A stretch of 63,704 nucleotides of DNA, counting the filler, from Octopus bimaculoides (Eukaryota): assembly GCF_001194135.2 (NCBI RefSeq). It is 6 parts of 5 records of this genome, joined end to end, with 100 filler letters (N's around TTAATTAATTAA, not from the genome) between each part and the next. Parts side by side here need not be neighbours in the genome. Positions count along the whole stretch, not along the records: positions 1 to 24,530 come from NC_068989.1; positions 24,631 to 37,148 come from NC_068989.1; 4 more parts are not named here. One strand, 5' to 3'. Under the pieces are notes generated by a model that searched no databases, was not told where the DNA came from, and was given only the letters and a program-made list of their open reading frames with translations. The first letter of the stretch is position 1. Each line of letters starts with the position of its first letter. The translations under genes were made by a program, and so were the position numbers. Below are positions 20,886 through 32,145 of the stretch, in pieces.

Positions 20886-21327
20886 AATAAGGGTAGACGA
20901 ACATCGCAAAGCTGTGACACGAGTAGATATTGATAAATCAGGTATAGCTGGTCATGTATGGAAAAATAGAGACCACCTCCCCATGTGGGATGAAGTTAAA
21001 ATAATAGACAGAGAACACCACTGGAAAATATGAAAACTAACAGAAGCAGCACATATGCTTGGACACAACAACCTCCTAAGCAAACCGAGTGCAGATATGA
21101 GCAGCATATGGGAACCAGTATTAAGGAAGGATAGAAAAATATTAGATTTATAAGCCCTAAAATTTACTCCATAATTGCCCATGGGCATATGGCATAGTGG
21201 TTAGGAGCGTAGGCTACTAACCCCAAGATTTCGAGTTCAATTCCAAGCAGTGACCTGAACAATAGTAATAATAATAACATCGAAGAATACCTTAAGAATG
21301 AGAACCCAGGTTCGAAATTTCCCCAAG
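20886..21327 (+). mobile_element. PLE 3' end: GIY-YIG C-terminus plus tRNA-like module; stops ~10 bp before the HHR
   Basis: RVDEHRKAVTRVDIDKSGIAGHVWKNRDHLPMWDEVKIIDREHHWKI*KLTEAAHML..IWEPVLRKDRKILDL*; colinear with 1-237. Confidence 0.85.
21183..21255 (+). pseudogene. tRNA-derived module, paralogue of 73-145
   Basis: GGGCATATGGCATAGTGGTTAGGAGCGTAGGCTACTAACCCCAAGATTTCGAGTTCAATTCC. Confidence 0.75.
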
Positions 21328-21365
21328 AGGAAATGTATATGTATATATATATATATATATATAAT

Positions 21366-23183
21366 ATGAAGAATCATGCAAAGAGGGTAGTTGTGAGATC
21401 TATGAGGAAGGAGGCTGAGGAGAGGTTGAGCAGACTAGATGAGAACCCAGATATAGTGTTTAAGTTTATTAAATCAATGAAAAATGATGGAAGAGATGTT
21501 AAGGGAGGAAGATGCATGAAGGGGAGTGATGGAGGGTTGAATTTTAGTGAGGACAGTGGAAGAGTTTGGAAGGAGCATATGGAGGGAATTATGAATGAGG
21601 AGAATGGATGGGATCAGAGGGTGGAAGTTACTGTGGCGAAGAGGCCAGTGGAGAGGGTTAGTTGGGAAGAAGTAGTGGAGGCAATGAAGGAAATGAAAGC
21701 AGGAAAGGCAGCTGGTCCATCAGAAGTAAATGATAACTGGCATTGTTGTGATGATGGAGCTCTACTAGGGCATGCTGGATGGAAGAGGAATGCTAGATGA
21801 TTGGGCACTAGGTGTGGTGGTACCAAGCTTCAAGAGGATGTAATGAGTTATTGGACGTATAGAGCATGCAATGAAGATAGTGGAAAGGGTGTTGGAGAGG
21901 AGAATTCGGAAAGGGGTGGATGCTTGGTTTTATGTCAGGAAGGGGGACAATAGATGCAGTGTTCAATGTAAGGAGATGCAGGATAAGGGGAAAGAGTTGT
22001 ACATGTGCTTGCTTCGTTGATCTGGAGAAGGCATTTGATAGGGTTCCAAGGAAGGTGATTGAGTGGGCATTGAGGAAGAGAGGTGTACTAGAGGAGTTTG
22101 CAGTGAAAGGTGGTGTGCATCAGGGATCTGTGTTGTCAATAGTGGTTGATATGGTGATGGAGAGGGAGAGTGCAAGAGAGGGACTGCTAATGGAGATACT
22201 GTATGCAGATGACCTTGTTCTGATGAGTGAGATGAGGGAGATGTTTTGGAAATAGAAGGTGTCTGAAAGCAAGGGTTTGAAGGTAAACCTCAGGAAGACA
22301 AAGGTGATGGTGAGTGGGGTGAAAGGAGAAGTGTTAGTAAGGTGGATCCATGTGGTGTATGTGGGAGGAGGGTCGTGGCAAATGCAGTGTTGTGTACAAG
22401 ATGTGAGGAATGGATTCATGGTAGATATATGAAAATGAAGGTGACCCCCCAAGACTGGCAAGAGAGTTTGTTTGTGGAAGATGTGAGAAAGGCGCTGGCA
22501 GGCTGGCAAAGTCAGTGGAAACACTATTTGATGAGGTGGAGATGGTAAAAGGGTCTTGTTATTTGGGAGACAGGGTGGATGTAAGTGGTGGATGTGAAGC
22601 AGCTGTGACAGCAAGGGCGAGACTTGGCTGGGTGAAGTTCAAGGAATGTGGAGCATTGTTATTTGGGAAAAGGTTCTCATTGAAGATGAAAGGAAGAGTC
22701 TATAGAAGTTGTGTGAGAGCTGCAATGCTATATAGGAGTGAGACATGGTGTTTGAGAGATAGATAAAATAGCAATTTTGAGAAGGACTGAGAGAGCAATG
22801 GTGAGAGAAATGTGTGGCATGAGGCTGTTTCATAAGAGGAGAATTGAGGGCTTGATGGGGATGCCGGGGTTGGAAAAATCAGTGGAATGGCTGGCAAGGG
22901 CAAATGGAGTGCAGTGTTGAGGAGGGATGAGAAGCATGTTCTGAAGCGGGTGCTAGAGTTTGAGGAAAATGGACAGCAAAAAGCAAGGTAGACCGAGGAA
23001 AATGTGGAGGGGACAGGTGGAGGAGGAGATTGGGACGGTTGGCTTGAGAAGAGAGGATGCCCAAAACCGGGCAAGATGGTGAGATGGTGTGAGGGCAGTT
23101 GCTTTGACATTGAGTTAGATCCAACCACCACTGTTAATGACGACAAAACCCAGATTTAAAATGATGGACGATGATGATGATGA
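21366..23183 (+). mobile_element. RTE-clade LINE (second subfamily), decayed and internally deleted, (GAT)n tail, inserted in a TA microsatellite
   Basis: GFMSGRGTIDAVF, CFVDLEKAFDRVP, GVHQGSVLS, EILYADDL, CGVCGRRV..NAVLCTRCEEWIH, KGRVYRSCVRAAMLY. Confidence 0.92.
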
Positions 23184-23207
23184 ATATATATGTATAATAT
23201 ATATATA

Positions 23208-23430
23208 ATAAAGTAGTTGTATACTGTCAACTTAACGTGACAGTCCCAATAAGGGAATATACTACTGCTATTTAGCCCTAGGAAGCTGAACCGCTTCCTG
23301 TCGGCCTTGACACATTTCCTGTGTCCTTATGTTTACGAAGGGGAGACAAGCACCTCCACCCAGCCTAGCCTGCATTCAGGGACATGTTTCTGAGTTTTTG
23401 CTCGTCATCAGCCTGAAGTAGCAAGACTAG
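23208..23430 (-). mobile_element. HHR plus multi-hairpin 3' module (probable PLE terminal module)
   Basis: HHR followed by hairpins homologous in order and motifs to the arms of 10187-10557; ends ACTTTAT. Confidence 0.7.
23375..23417 (-). ncRNA. Minimal type-I hammerhead
   Basis: TTCAGG-CTGATGA-C-GAG-CAAAAA-CTC-A-GAAAC-AT-GTC-CCTGAA; perfect 6-bp stem I, GUC triplet, palindromic ACATGT stem III. Confidence 0.82.
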
Positions 23431-23749
23431 CTGGCTGAAAATTTTTTATTATGATCACTATGGATCGAATACAAAGATAGGTACAATACAGGACAAACAA
23501 ATAAACAAAATGTATGAGTTCATATGTTCTTTTTAAAAATTAATGATTTTCTTTATATATATCAGTATTTAAAATTCAAATGTTCATTGACTTTTTCCTT
23601 ATATTTTTTTTTTCTTCCTTTTAAATATACAGACATACATATGCATACATACACACACATATATCTATATATATATATATACATATATACACATATATAC
23701 ATACATACACACACATACACACATGTATATATATTTTATAATAAAAAGA

Positions 23750-24530
23750 TTGATTCTTCAGCCCGGCGGCCTATAAGGCTCAGCAGATCGCCTTTTATTT
23801 CCTCGATGATTAGTTTGGGTGACTCACACCCACCTTTTTCACCACTTCCTTCCATCTCTGTTCATATACTCTAGCTGACAGGGTTCTCTTTTCCAGCCCT
23901 ATCTTGCTCTTCAGATGGTATTTGAAGTAAGTCAGCAATCCAGGGCTGGATATGTAGGACCCTGTCACAAAACCTTCCATTCTTGTCCTCCATATACACT
24001 CTTTCAACACTGCTACTGTACAGAAAAAGCAAGCCTCACCTTCCTTTGAAAGTCAAGTTGGCGGTATCATCTTTATCATAAACTCAGCCGACAGCTGTAC
24101 TCGTCCTAGATGCGACAACACGTGTTCTACATACATTATCAAGCTGGAGAGCTGCCGACAATGTACAAAAGCGTGTTGGACAGTTTCACTGTCCTGCTTG
24201 CATCTTGGACATGTCGGTGGCACTGCTAAACCGTGCCTGGATATCTTCTCGCGAACAGGTAGAGCATTCCTGTAACACTGCCAAGTACTCCGGCTTGAAG
24301 GTTTTACGAAACAGGTTGGTAAGTTGGTTCTTGTCGAACCCCAGAGCCCCTCCTAGGACGTCATCGTTTTCCCCCTCCACTAGCCCTCTGTAGAATACCG
24401 AGGTGGTATTCCCGCAGCCAGCCTTGCCCGTCTTGTGGATAAGCCAGAGTGACTGATGGCACTCCTTCTGCCATAGAGTCAGATTACGCCTTCTAACGAG
24501 ACCGGGTTTAAATCTTTCCAGCGAGGTCAG
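23750..24530 (-). mobile_element. Tx1/L1-clade LINE ORF2 3' end
   Basis: TCPRCKQDSETVQHAFVHC (CCHC knuckle), VAVLKECIWRTR, YFKYHLKSKIGLEKRTLS..YEQRW. Confidence 0.85.
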
Positions 24531-24630
24531 NNNNNNNNNNNNNNNNNNNNNNNNNNNNNNNNNNNNNNNNNNNNTTAATTAATTAANNNNNNNNNNNNNN
24601 NNNNNNNNNNNNNNNNNNNNNNNNNNNNNN
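24531..24630. other. Artificial assembly linker N44-TTAATTAATTAA-N44
   Basis: Identical 100-bp construct occurs five times; TTAATTAATTAA puts stops in all six frames. Confidence 0.9.
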
Positions 24631-24945
24631 AGACTTTTGAATTTCAAGAGTTCATCTGTGTTTTCATTCCAGAGTATGAAACAGTCGTCCAGGAACCTTT
24701 TCCAATTTTCTTTTATGTATTGGGAAAGGGTGTTTCCAAAGGTGGATAAAGATTCCTGGTATATTATTATTGCCAAGTAACCCATTGTTAGGTTCGCAAT
24801 GACTGGAGCTGCCCTAGTGCCCATAGCAATTCCGGATTTTTGTCGGTAGAAAGTATTGTCAAACATGAAGTGGTTGTTTCGTAAGATGAATTCAACCGAT
24901 TTAGTAATGAATTCTTTACTGATCCTGTTTGGGATTTCTATATAT
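24631..24945 (-). pseudogene. PLE (Neptune-like) reverse transcriptase core fragment
   Basis: EFILRNNHFMFDNTFYRQKSGIAMGTRAAPVIANLTMGY..WKRFLDDCFILW. Confidence 0.9.
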
Positions 24946-25072
24946 ATATCATCAATTTACAAAAGGTACCGTTAATTCTATTATTATCCAATATCACTAA
25001 TGATAATAACAGAATAAATGATACAGGCGACTGCAGGCCAAATATAGCATTTAAAAAGCTGAGGGATTATCA

Positions 25073-25262
25073 TTAATCAAAGGACATACTAAGTATGTCT
25101 ACCTGCTTGAAATAACAGCTAAAACGCGTTATTTACTTTAGAAATCAAATGAAGGCAATTTACGTGGACTAGTTTCTGCATTGACATTAATTTGGCGATT
25201 TAATAACGGGTTTTGGCTGTTATTTCAAGCAGGTAGACATACTTAGTATGTCCATTGATTAA
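25073..25262. repeat. Inverted repeat / MITE-like hairpin (~60-bp arms)
   Basis: 25073-25133 is the reverse complement of 25202-25262 with ~3 mismatches. Confidence 0.85.
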
Positions 25263-26627
25263 ATATACATATATACATATATANNNNNNNNNNNNNNNNN
25301 NNNNNNNNNNNNNNNNNNNNNNNNNNNNNNNNNNNNNNNNNNNNNNNNNNNNNNNNNNNNNNNNNNNNNNNNNNNNNNNNNNNNNNNNNNNNNNNNNNNN
25401 NNNNNNNNNNNNNNNNNNNNNNNNNNNNNNNNNNNNNNNNNNNNNNNNNNNNNNNNNNNNNNNNNNNNNNNNNNNNNNNNNNNNNNNNNNNNNNNNNNNT
25501 CTATTTTAATACTATGCAAATATTCTATTTAAAAACTTTTCATTTTAATTTTTAATTTTTCCAAAATTTAATTGTTTTCCATGCTTACAGTTGAAGTCTC
25601 AACGACTGAAACCGGTACTGAAATGTGTTTTTATAAAATTATTTTAGCATTTTCTTCCTTGACTTTTTATTTCCATATATATATGAACTCGTGTGTTCCT
25701 TTTCAACCTGTTACATATATATATATCATATATTACATATACACATATATATGTATGTAAGTAGATATGCATATATATGTGCATATATGTATCCATTTAT
25801 GTATGTGTATATGAAGAGAAAGACAGAGAAAGAGAGGGGGAGGGAGAGAGAGAGTGTGTGTGTGTGTGTGTGTAAAGTGGAAGAGGAAAATACTATTTTC
25901 AAAAGGACACTGTTGTATACCAAATACCAAATATAGAATCGTGGTGTTGACAGTAGTTTATATAGTACGCTGGTACTAGACATCGAGATGTTCTGTTCAT
26001 AAGCAACTAATTGTCTTCTTATGTATATTTCCTCACTGCGCTTGTCATAAAGAAACAAAACAGAAAAGATTAAAGCAAATTATCAAATTCATTTTGGTTT
26101 CTTTCGAGTTGGAACAAAGAAGAGCCCTGTATTTCATAGTGACTGCAGGGTAGAGAGAAGAGAAACGAGGCGTTTAAATACTTAAGCTTTCCGTCGTTCA
26201 CGTGATCTAATTAATTAATTAACAGAACTTAATTTTGATTCATTTGAAATATGTTACTGGGTGACATTCTCTGATCGGCGAGTGTTACAACGTTGCTTTT
26301 CTTTTTTTTCTTAAATTTATTTTATATTTTTGCTCAACGAAGTTTCCTACAAATTAAAAGGGTTCTTGTTGGAAGAAAAAGGTACTTAGTTGTTACTAGA
26401 GGAAAAAATAAACCAAAAAACAAAAAATACACAGCAATTAAACATAATTTTTTGTAGCGTTTTATTAGTCTTAGTCTGATAAATTAATTCATTAAAGATA
26501 CTATTATTTTTATTCTATTATTATGTTCATAGACACATGGATACAGGGGAGGAAATTTTTTCACAAATACACGCCATCCTTTGAATTAAATAAACGGCAC
26601 GTGATTTATGCAATGTATGTGTACGGT

Positions 26628-26660
<33 letters not shown>

Positions 26661-26994
26661 CTGTGTGTGTGTGTGCGTGCGTGTGCATATCAGCGTCCAG
26701 GTTTCCAAATAGGAATAAGCATATGTACTGAAATGAAAGATTGCTCGGAGACAGAAGGCACATTGTAGAAATATGCTGAATTATCGTGTTTCCATATCAT
26801 GAAACTATTACAAGCTCTTATTTAAATTCTGTGTATATTAAATGATATTTATCTCTCACTGGATGGACTACTTTTTTGTTCATCCTACCTATAATGTAAC
26901 AGTAAACCCTGTGTATGCGAGTGTGTGTGTGTGTATGTGTGTGTGTGTATGTGTGTGTGTGTGTGTGCATGCATACATATATATACATTTATCT

Positions 26995-27274
26995 ATATAA
27001 AATAGTGTACATTTAAACACAAGAGAAAACTGCCTTCAACAGGCAGTTTTTACACGCTAGAAGAAGTAGTCAAAACGACCAAAACCACATTTAAGAGCAG
27101 TCTTCAAAAGAAATGAAAAATAAAAACTTTTACCTTGTTAAAGTTTTTATTTTTCATTCCTTTTGAAGATTGCTCTTAAATGTGGTTTTGGTCGTTTGAC
27201 TACTTCTTCTAGCGTGCAAAAACTGCCTGTTGAAGGCAGTTTTCTCTTGTGTTTAAATGTACACTATTTTATAT
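26995..27274. repeat. ~280-bp near-perfect palindrome (fold-back) between TA dinucleotides
   Basis: Arms ~135 bp, loop ~27131-27139, with an internal hairpin AAAACTGCC-TTCAACA-GGCAGTTTT in each arm. Confidence 0.9.
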
Positions 27275-27659
27275 TGAGAATATGTTGTCTATTGACTTTT
27301 TATACATGCTAGGCCACTGGTAGTGAAATTTCTAAAAAAAAGACTCACTACTCTATATTTTAAGTATACATTTATCTAAATAGATTTATCTAAATACATT
27401 TATCTAAATACATTTATCTAAATAGATTGGTTTGTGATAATCGTTGCTCGTGTTTATTTTCTCTTCTTTTTTGTTTATATTATACAATAATTGCTTTCCC
27501 TTCTGCCTTTATCTCCAAATTGTTTCTTCTTTTGTTTTCCTCGGACATTTTACCCGTTGCATCATCTGCCTTTCAACAGTATTATCATTTTACATATTTT
27601 TGCGCTCTCTTATAGTTTATATATTTTTTCTCCCTATTTAAACTGTTTTCTTTGCTGTT

Positions 27660-28075
27660 TTTTCATATTTTTTCTTTCATTCCCAACTCCCACGCCTTCC
27701 TCTCATCTACAATATAATCACACTTACACATCATCCTCCCATACCCTCACTATTCTACACCACAACATTCCGGGACTTGCACACCAAGACACACCCCACA
27801 TACCCACAAACACCCCTCCCAATGTCCATCCCTATACTCAGATAACTTTCCAATATATATACACACCGTCCATCATCCTCCTCTCTCCCTAACTCCTCAC
27901 TACCGAACCGCGCTTCCAACCTGGCTTCTAAACATTTCATTCTTTCATTCCCGCCGTCTTCCTTCTTATTTTTTTCGCAATCTTTTATTTTCTGATTTTT
28001 CTGATGAAGGAACCGCGTCCAAAACGTCAGGACTCTTTCCTTTTGTTTTAAACGTTAAACTAATTCAATATTTGT
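27660..28075 (+). mobile_element. Probable PLE pseudo-LTR fragment
   Basis: C/T-rich leader followed by an HHR-like motif at 27997-28032. Confidence 0.5.
27997..28032 (+). ncRNA. Degenerate minimal hammerhead (G12>A)
   Basis: TTTT-CTGATGA-A-GGA-ACCGCG-TCC-AAAAC-GTC-AGGA. Confidence 0.6.
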
Positions 28076-28697
28076 TAAAACTTATNNNNNNNNNNNNNNN
28101 NNNNNNNNNNNNNNNNNNNNNNNNNNNNNNNNNNNNNNNNNNNNNNNNNNNNNNNNNNNNNNNNNNNNNNNNNNNNNNNNNNNNNNNNNNNNNNNNNNNN
28201 NNNNNNNNNNNNNNNNNNNNNNNNNNNNNNNNNNNNNNNNNNNNNNNNNNNNNNNNNNNNNNNNNNNNNNNNNNNNNNNNNNNNNNNNNNNNNNNNNNNN
28301 NNNNNNNNNNNNNNNNNNNNNNNNNNNNNNNNNNNNNNNNNNNNNNNNNNNNNNNNNNNNNNNNNNNNNNNNNNNNNNNNNNNNNNNNNNNNNNNNNNNN
28401 NNNNNNNNNNNNNNNNNNNNNNNNNNNNNNNNNNNNNNNNNNNNNNNNNNNNNNNNNNNNNNNNNNNNNNNNNNNNNNNNNNNNNNNNNNNNNNNNNNNN
28501 NNNNNNNNNNNNNNNNNNNNNNNNNNNNNNNNNNNNNNNNNNNNNNNNNNNNNNNNNNATAATTCAAATAGAGGTTGTGTTAACCTCATGAAGAGATGGT
28601 TTCATGCAAGGACATGCTGGTTCAATACTTAGTATTTTGGGGGAATTAATTTCCTTAAAATAATAGGTATATATATAAAAACGTATAGTTTATATTC

Positions 28698-29062
28698 ATA
28701 TAGAAGAAGAAAAAGAAAATGGAAATTGGAAAGTTAATATTTGTTTATTAATAACAGCAAATTAATCGTCATCCCTTATAGCTGTTTCAATTAATACTCA
28801 GTAAATATTAAGTAAATATTAAATTTATATTTATATCACCTGAGCATAATATATTCAGAGGGTAAAAAATATATCCTTGAATGTTTTATATATGTTTATG
28901 GATTCATTCTTTTTCAGGTCATATAAATATAAATTTAATATTTACTTAATATTTACTGAGTATTAATTGAAACGGCTGTAAGTGAAAATGATTAATTTGC
29001 TGTTAACAATAAATAATCATTAACTTCTCAATTTCCATTTTCTTTTTTCTTCTCTTATATAT
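28698..29062. repeat. Inverted repeat (~145-bp arms) duplicating the 3' part of a hammerhead
   Basis: 28698-28843 is the reverse complement of 28914-29062. Confidence 0.85.
28773..28862 (-). ncRNA. Degenerate type-I hammerhead (CTGAATA; ATA triplet), long stem II
   Basis: CCCT-CTGAATA-T-ATTATGCTCAG..CTGAGTATTAAT-T-GAAAC-AGCT-ATA-AGGG; the inverted copy retains GAAAC-GGCT-GTA. Confidence 0.6.
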
Positions 29063-31542
29063 CAGTTAGTGTTGATGTAATTGTAGTGGTGAGTGATTTT
29101 TTCTCCATGCATTGTCTTGTACTCCTATTACCTAAATTGATGCATCGTGGTTACAGAGGAACTGCTTGGGATGTGGTTTTGTTGCGTATGGGATGTAGAG
29201 ATGCATGACTAAAAGGTTAGTTTCAGTTACATGTATAGTTGCCTCGGTTGATAAGGTTTGTAGCAAATGAGCGGCGAGGGACAGAATTGAACAGGCGACC
29301 AATCAGCTGACTTAAAGTGCCATGTTTAGGAAGTTTGGAGTGGAGCCCTTGCATAGAACGTGGATGTCTGGCGGGTTGTCACAGTGAGATAGTGGTCGGG
29401 TGTAGAGACAGGTGGGTTTGATTAATGTGGGGTCTGGAGGTGAGAGAGAACAAGAGTGCTTGAAGTATTAGTGTGTCTCGGCATCGGATTGGGACGAGTG
29501 TGGGGACCGAGAAGAATCGTTAACAATAAAGTCACTGAGAATGAAGATTTTAAACTGATGGTTAGTGAGTTGTGTAAAATATATTGTAGTATTTTGCTTT
29601 TTTTCAGCTTTCTGCATTCTGAGTTCAAATCCCGCCGAGGTCAGCTTTGTCTTTTATTCTTTCGGGGTCGATAAAAGAGCAGTGGATTGGCGAAGCATTT
29701 GGATGGCTGAGAAAGATACTTCGTAGTTTTCTTCTTTTCCAGCGACGACACTAATGCCAAGTTGCACCAGCCTAAGTCTATGGCGTTCCCTTGGATAAAC
29801 AGAGGTGATACGAAGCAAGAAGACTTGCATGTATGGATAACTACCAGCCTGCACTAAAAAAAATCTTACCAAGGCCTGCACATACATGTGCAAAGAACTA
29901 GTAAACCTTGGTCGACGGAACCCCTCTCTCAGTTTTATATTATCTAATGTGTCCTTCTCTCTATAAGATGGTTTTGAAGGAAATATGACTATTTCTAGCA
30001 GACAGGTCCGGAGTCTGTGAGTCGGAGTGAACTCGTTGTTCACGAATGAAACAAAAAGGCAACTATAACCGTACATGTCGAGTCGTGTCAGTTTGATCGA
30101 CAGGGAGCTTTGCCGTCATCGGCTGGTCGCTGCTTTGATACAGGCTTCGTCCGCTGAAGAAAAGCAGCGAATTCCCGTTTAGAGAAGGTCTCGTTATCTC
30201 ATGCTAACTTGCAATATATGCATTGGAATTTTATCATTTGCTCCCGTTCGTAATTTTGTCTTACCGATTGATCTATTCTGAGACAATGCGAGATCCTCAC
30301 GACGGAGTCGTACATGATGACGTAAAGAATTCCTGCCGTTTTAGAACGCTTATTTTTACTACATTATTTATTTATTTATTTATCTATTTACTAAGTAGCT
30401 AGCTATGATATTTTTGCTAGAGCTAACTTTATGTCTCTCCAAATACAACGCGTCTTTTTGTTTCAACCATTCACTACAAATGACGTCAGCAGAGTCTTAT
30501 CAGGTATTTTCTATGTACGCCATTTGTAATTGCTAGTATGGCTTCTGCTAACTCAACTGCGTAAACATTCATCTTTTCTTCTTTTATTTTGTTCAGAAAT
30601 CATTTTATCATCACCATCATCATCATTATTTTCTTCGTCGTTATGTAATTTATTTATTTCTATTTAAATAAGAACTTTATCCGTTTCTGCCAAAACTAAA
30701 TAATTAAATAAATAATAATTCATTGGCGGTCTTTCATTTCTTTCTTTCTTTCTTTTTCTTTTTCGTTTTATTCTTTTCTTTTTGATTAATATACTGATTT
30801 GTTTCATTTTTATGCATAAGCCAACTAACTCTACTTAAAGCCAGAACTTGTGCAAGATTGCTGTTCCATTTGTAATGGGATCTTTAAGAGCCATAAGAAG
30901 GTCAATTACTTTCACTTTTCGTAAAGAGCTGTGAATGCCTTCGGCGATTAGAGCGAAGTGAAGACTGTTGCGATAAAATCTTGATCTCTAACAAAGACGC
31001 TGTTTTCTTATAAATAATTCAATGTGAGGCAGGGTTATTGTGGAATTGAGCGTATCAGTTTGGCTCTATTTTAAAGTATCTTTGCTTTTATTAATATGGT
31101 TTCTTTTGATCGGACACTAGAGCTATTGTTTTAAAGGGGGCGGAGGAAAGACGTAATCGATTCTATCGACTAACATGTTACTAATACAGCGTGCGGCAGA
31201 AAAACATCCCATATTTTACACAACTGTTAATAAGCCGCTAGTAAAGTTAGACAGGTAATAATGGTGTTTCCATGTAGCTATTGTTTTATTGTTTTTTTTT
31301 AAGTTACCACCGCTTTTCTTCTTTCTTTTTGTTTTGTAGGTGAATAGTGTTTTCAAATACAACGTTTCTACCTAGATTAGCTAGATATATGGTACTCTCT
31401 TTTATAAGAGGCGACAGAAAAACCTCCAATATACAGCACGGCCATTGGAGTGGCGCTAGTAAAGTTAATGAGCTAGTGAGGGTGTCTTCATGTAGCTAAT
31501 ATTCTACCCTCTGTTTTTACTTTAGTTACTATCAATATTCGT

Positions 31543-31835
31543 GGAGGCGCAATGGTCCAGTGGTTAGGGCAGCGGACTCGCGGTCGGAAGATCGCGGTTT
31601 CGATTCCTAGACCGGGCGTTGTGTGTGTTTATTGAGCGAAAAACATGTGTGTGTGTGTGTTTGTCCCATCCCCGCCATTACTTGACAACCGATGCTGTTG
31701 TGTTTTTGTGTACCCGTAACCTAGCGGTTCGGCATAAGAGACCAGACAGATTGAATATGTACCAGGCTTACACAGAATAAATCCTGGGGTCGATTTGTTC
31801 GGCTAAAGCCTTTTAAGGCGGTGCTCCAACATGGG
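31543..31835 (+). mobile_element. SINE with a different tRNA-like head joined to the family 1 body/tail
   Basis: GGAGGCGCAATGGTCCAGTGGTTAGGGCAGCGGACTCGCGGTCGGAAGATCGCGGTTTCGATTCC head, then CTTGACAACCGATGCTG..GGCGGTGCTCCAACATGG. Confidence 0.75.
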
Positions 31836-32095
31836 CGCAGATATANNNNNNNNNNNNNNNNNNNNNNNNNNNNNNNNNNNNNNNNNNNNNNNNNNNNNNN
31901 NNNNNNNNNNNNNNNNNNNNNNNNNNNNNNNNNNNNNNNNNNNNNNNNNNNNNNNNNNNNNNNNNNNNNNNNNNNNNNNNNNNNNNNNNNNNNNNNNNNN
32001 NNNNNNNNNNNNNNNNNNNNNNNNNNNNNNNNNNNNNNNNNNNNNNNNNNNNNNNNNNNNNNNNNNNNNNNNNNNNNNNNNNNNNNNNNNNNNNN

Positions 32096-32145
<50 letters not shown>

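Noticed and set aside
26210-26221. TAATTAATTAA-type run as another linker
   Set aside because: Not flanked by Ns; ordinary AT-rich sequence.
27058-27092. CTAGAAGAAGTAGTCAAAACGACCAAAAC, hammerhead-like, inside the palindrome
   Set aside because: Both arms share two core defects and there is no stem I or III.
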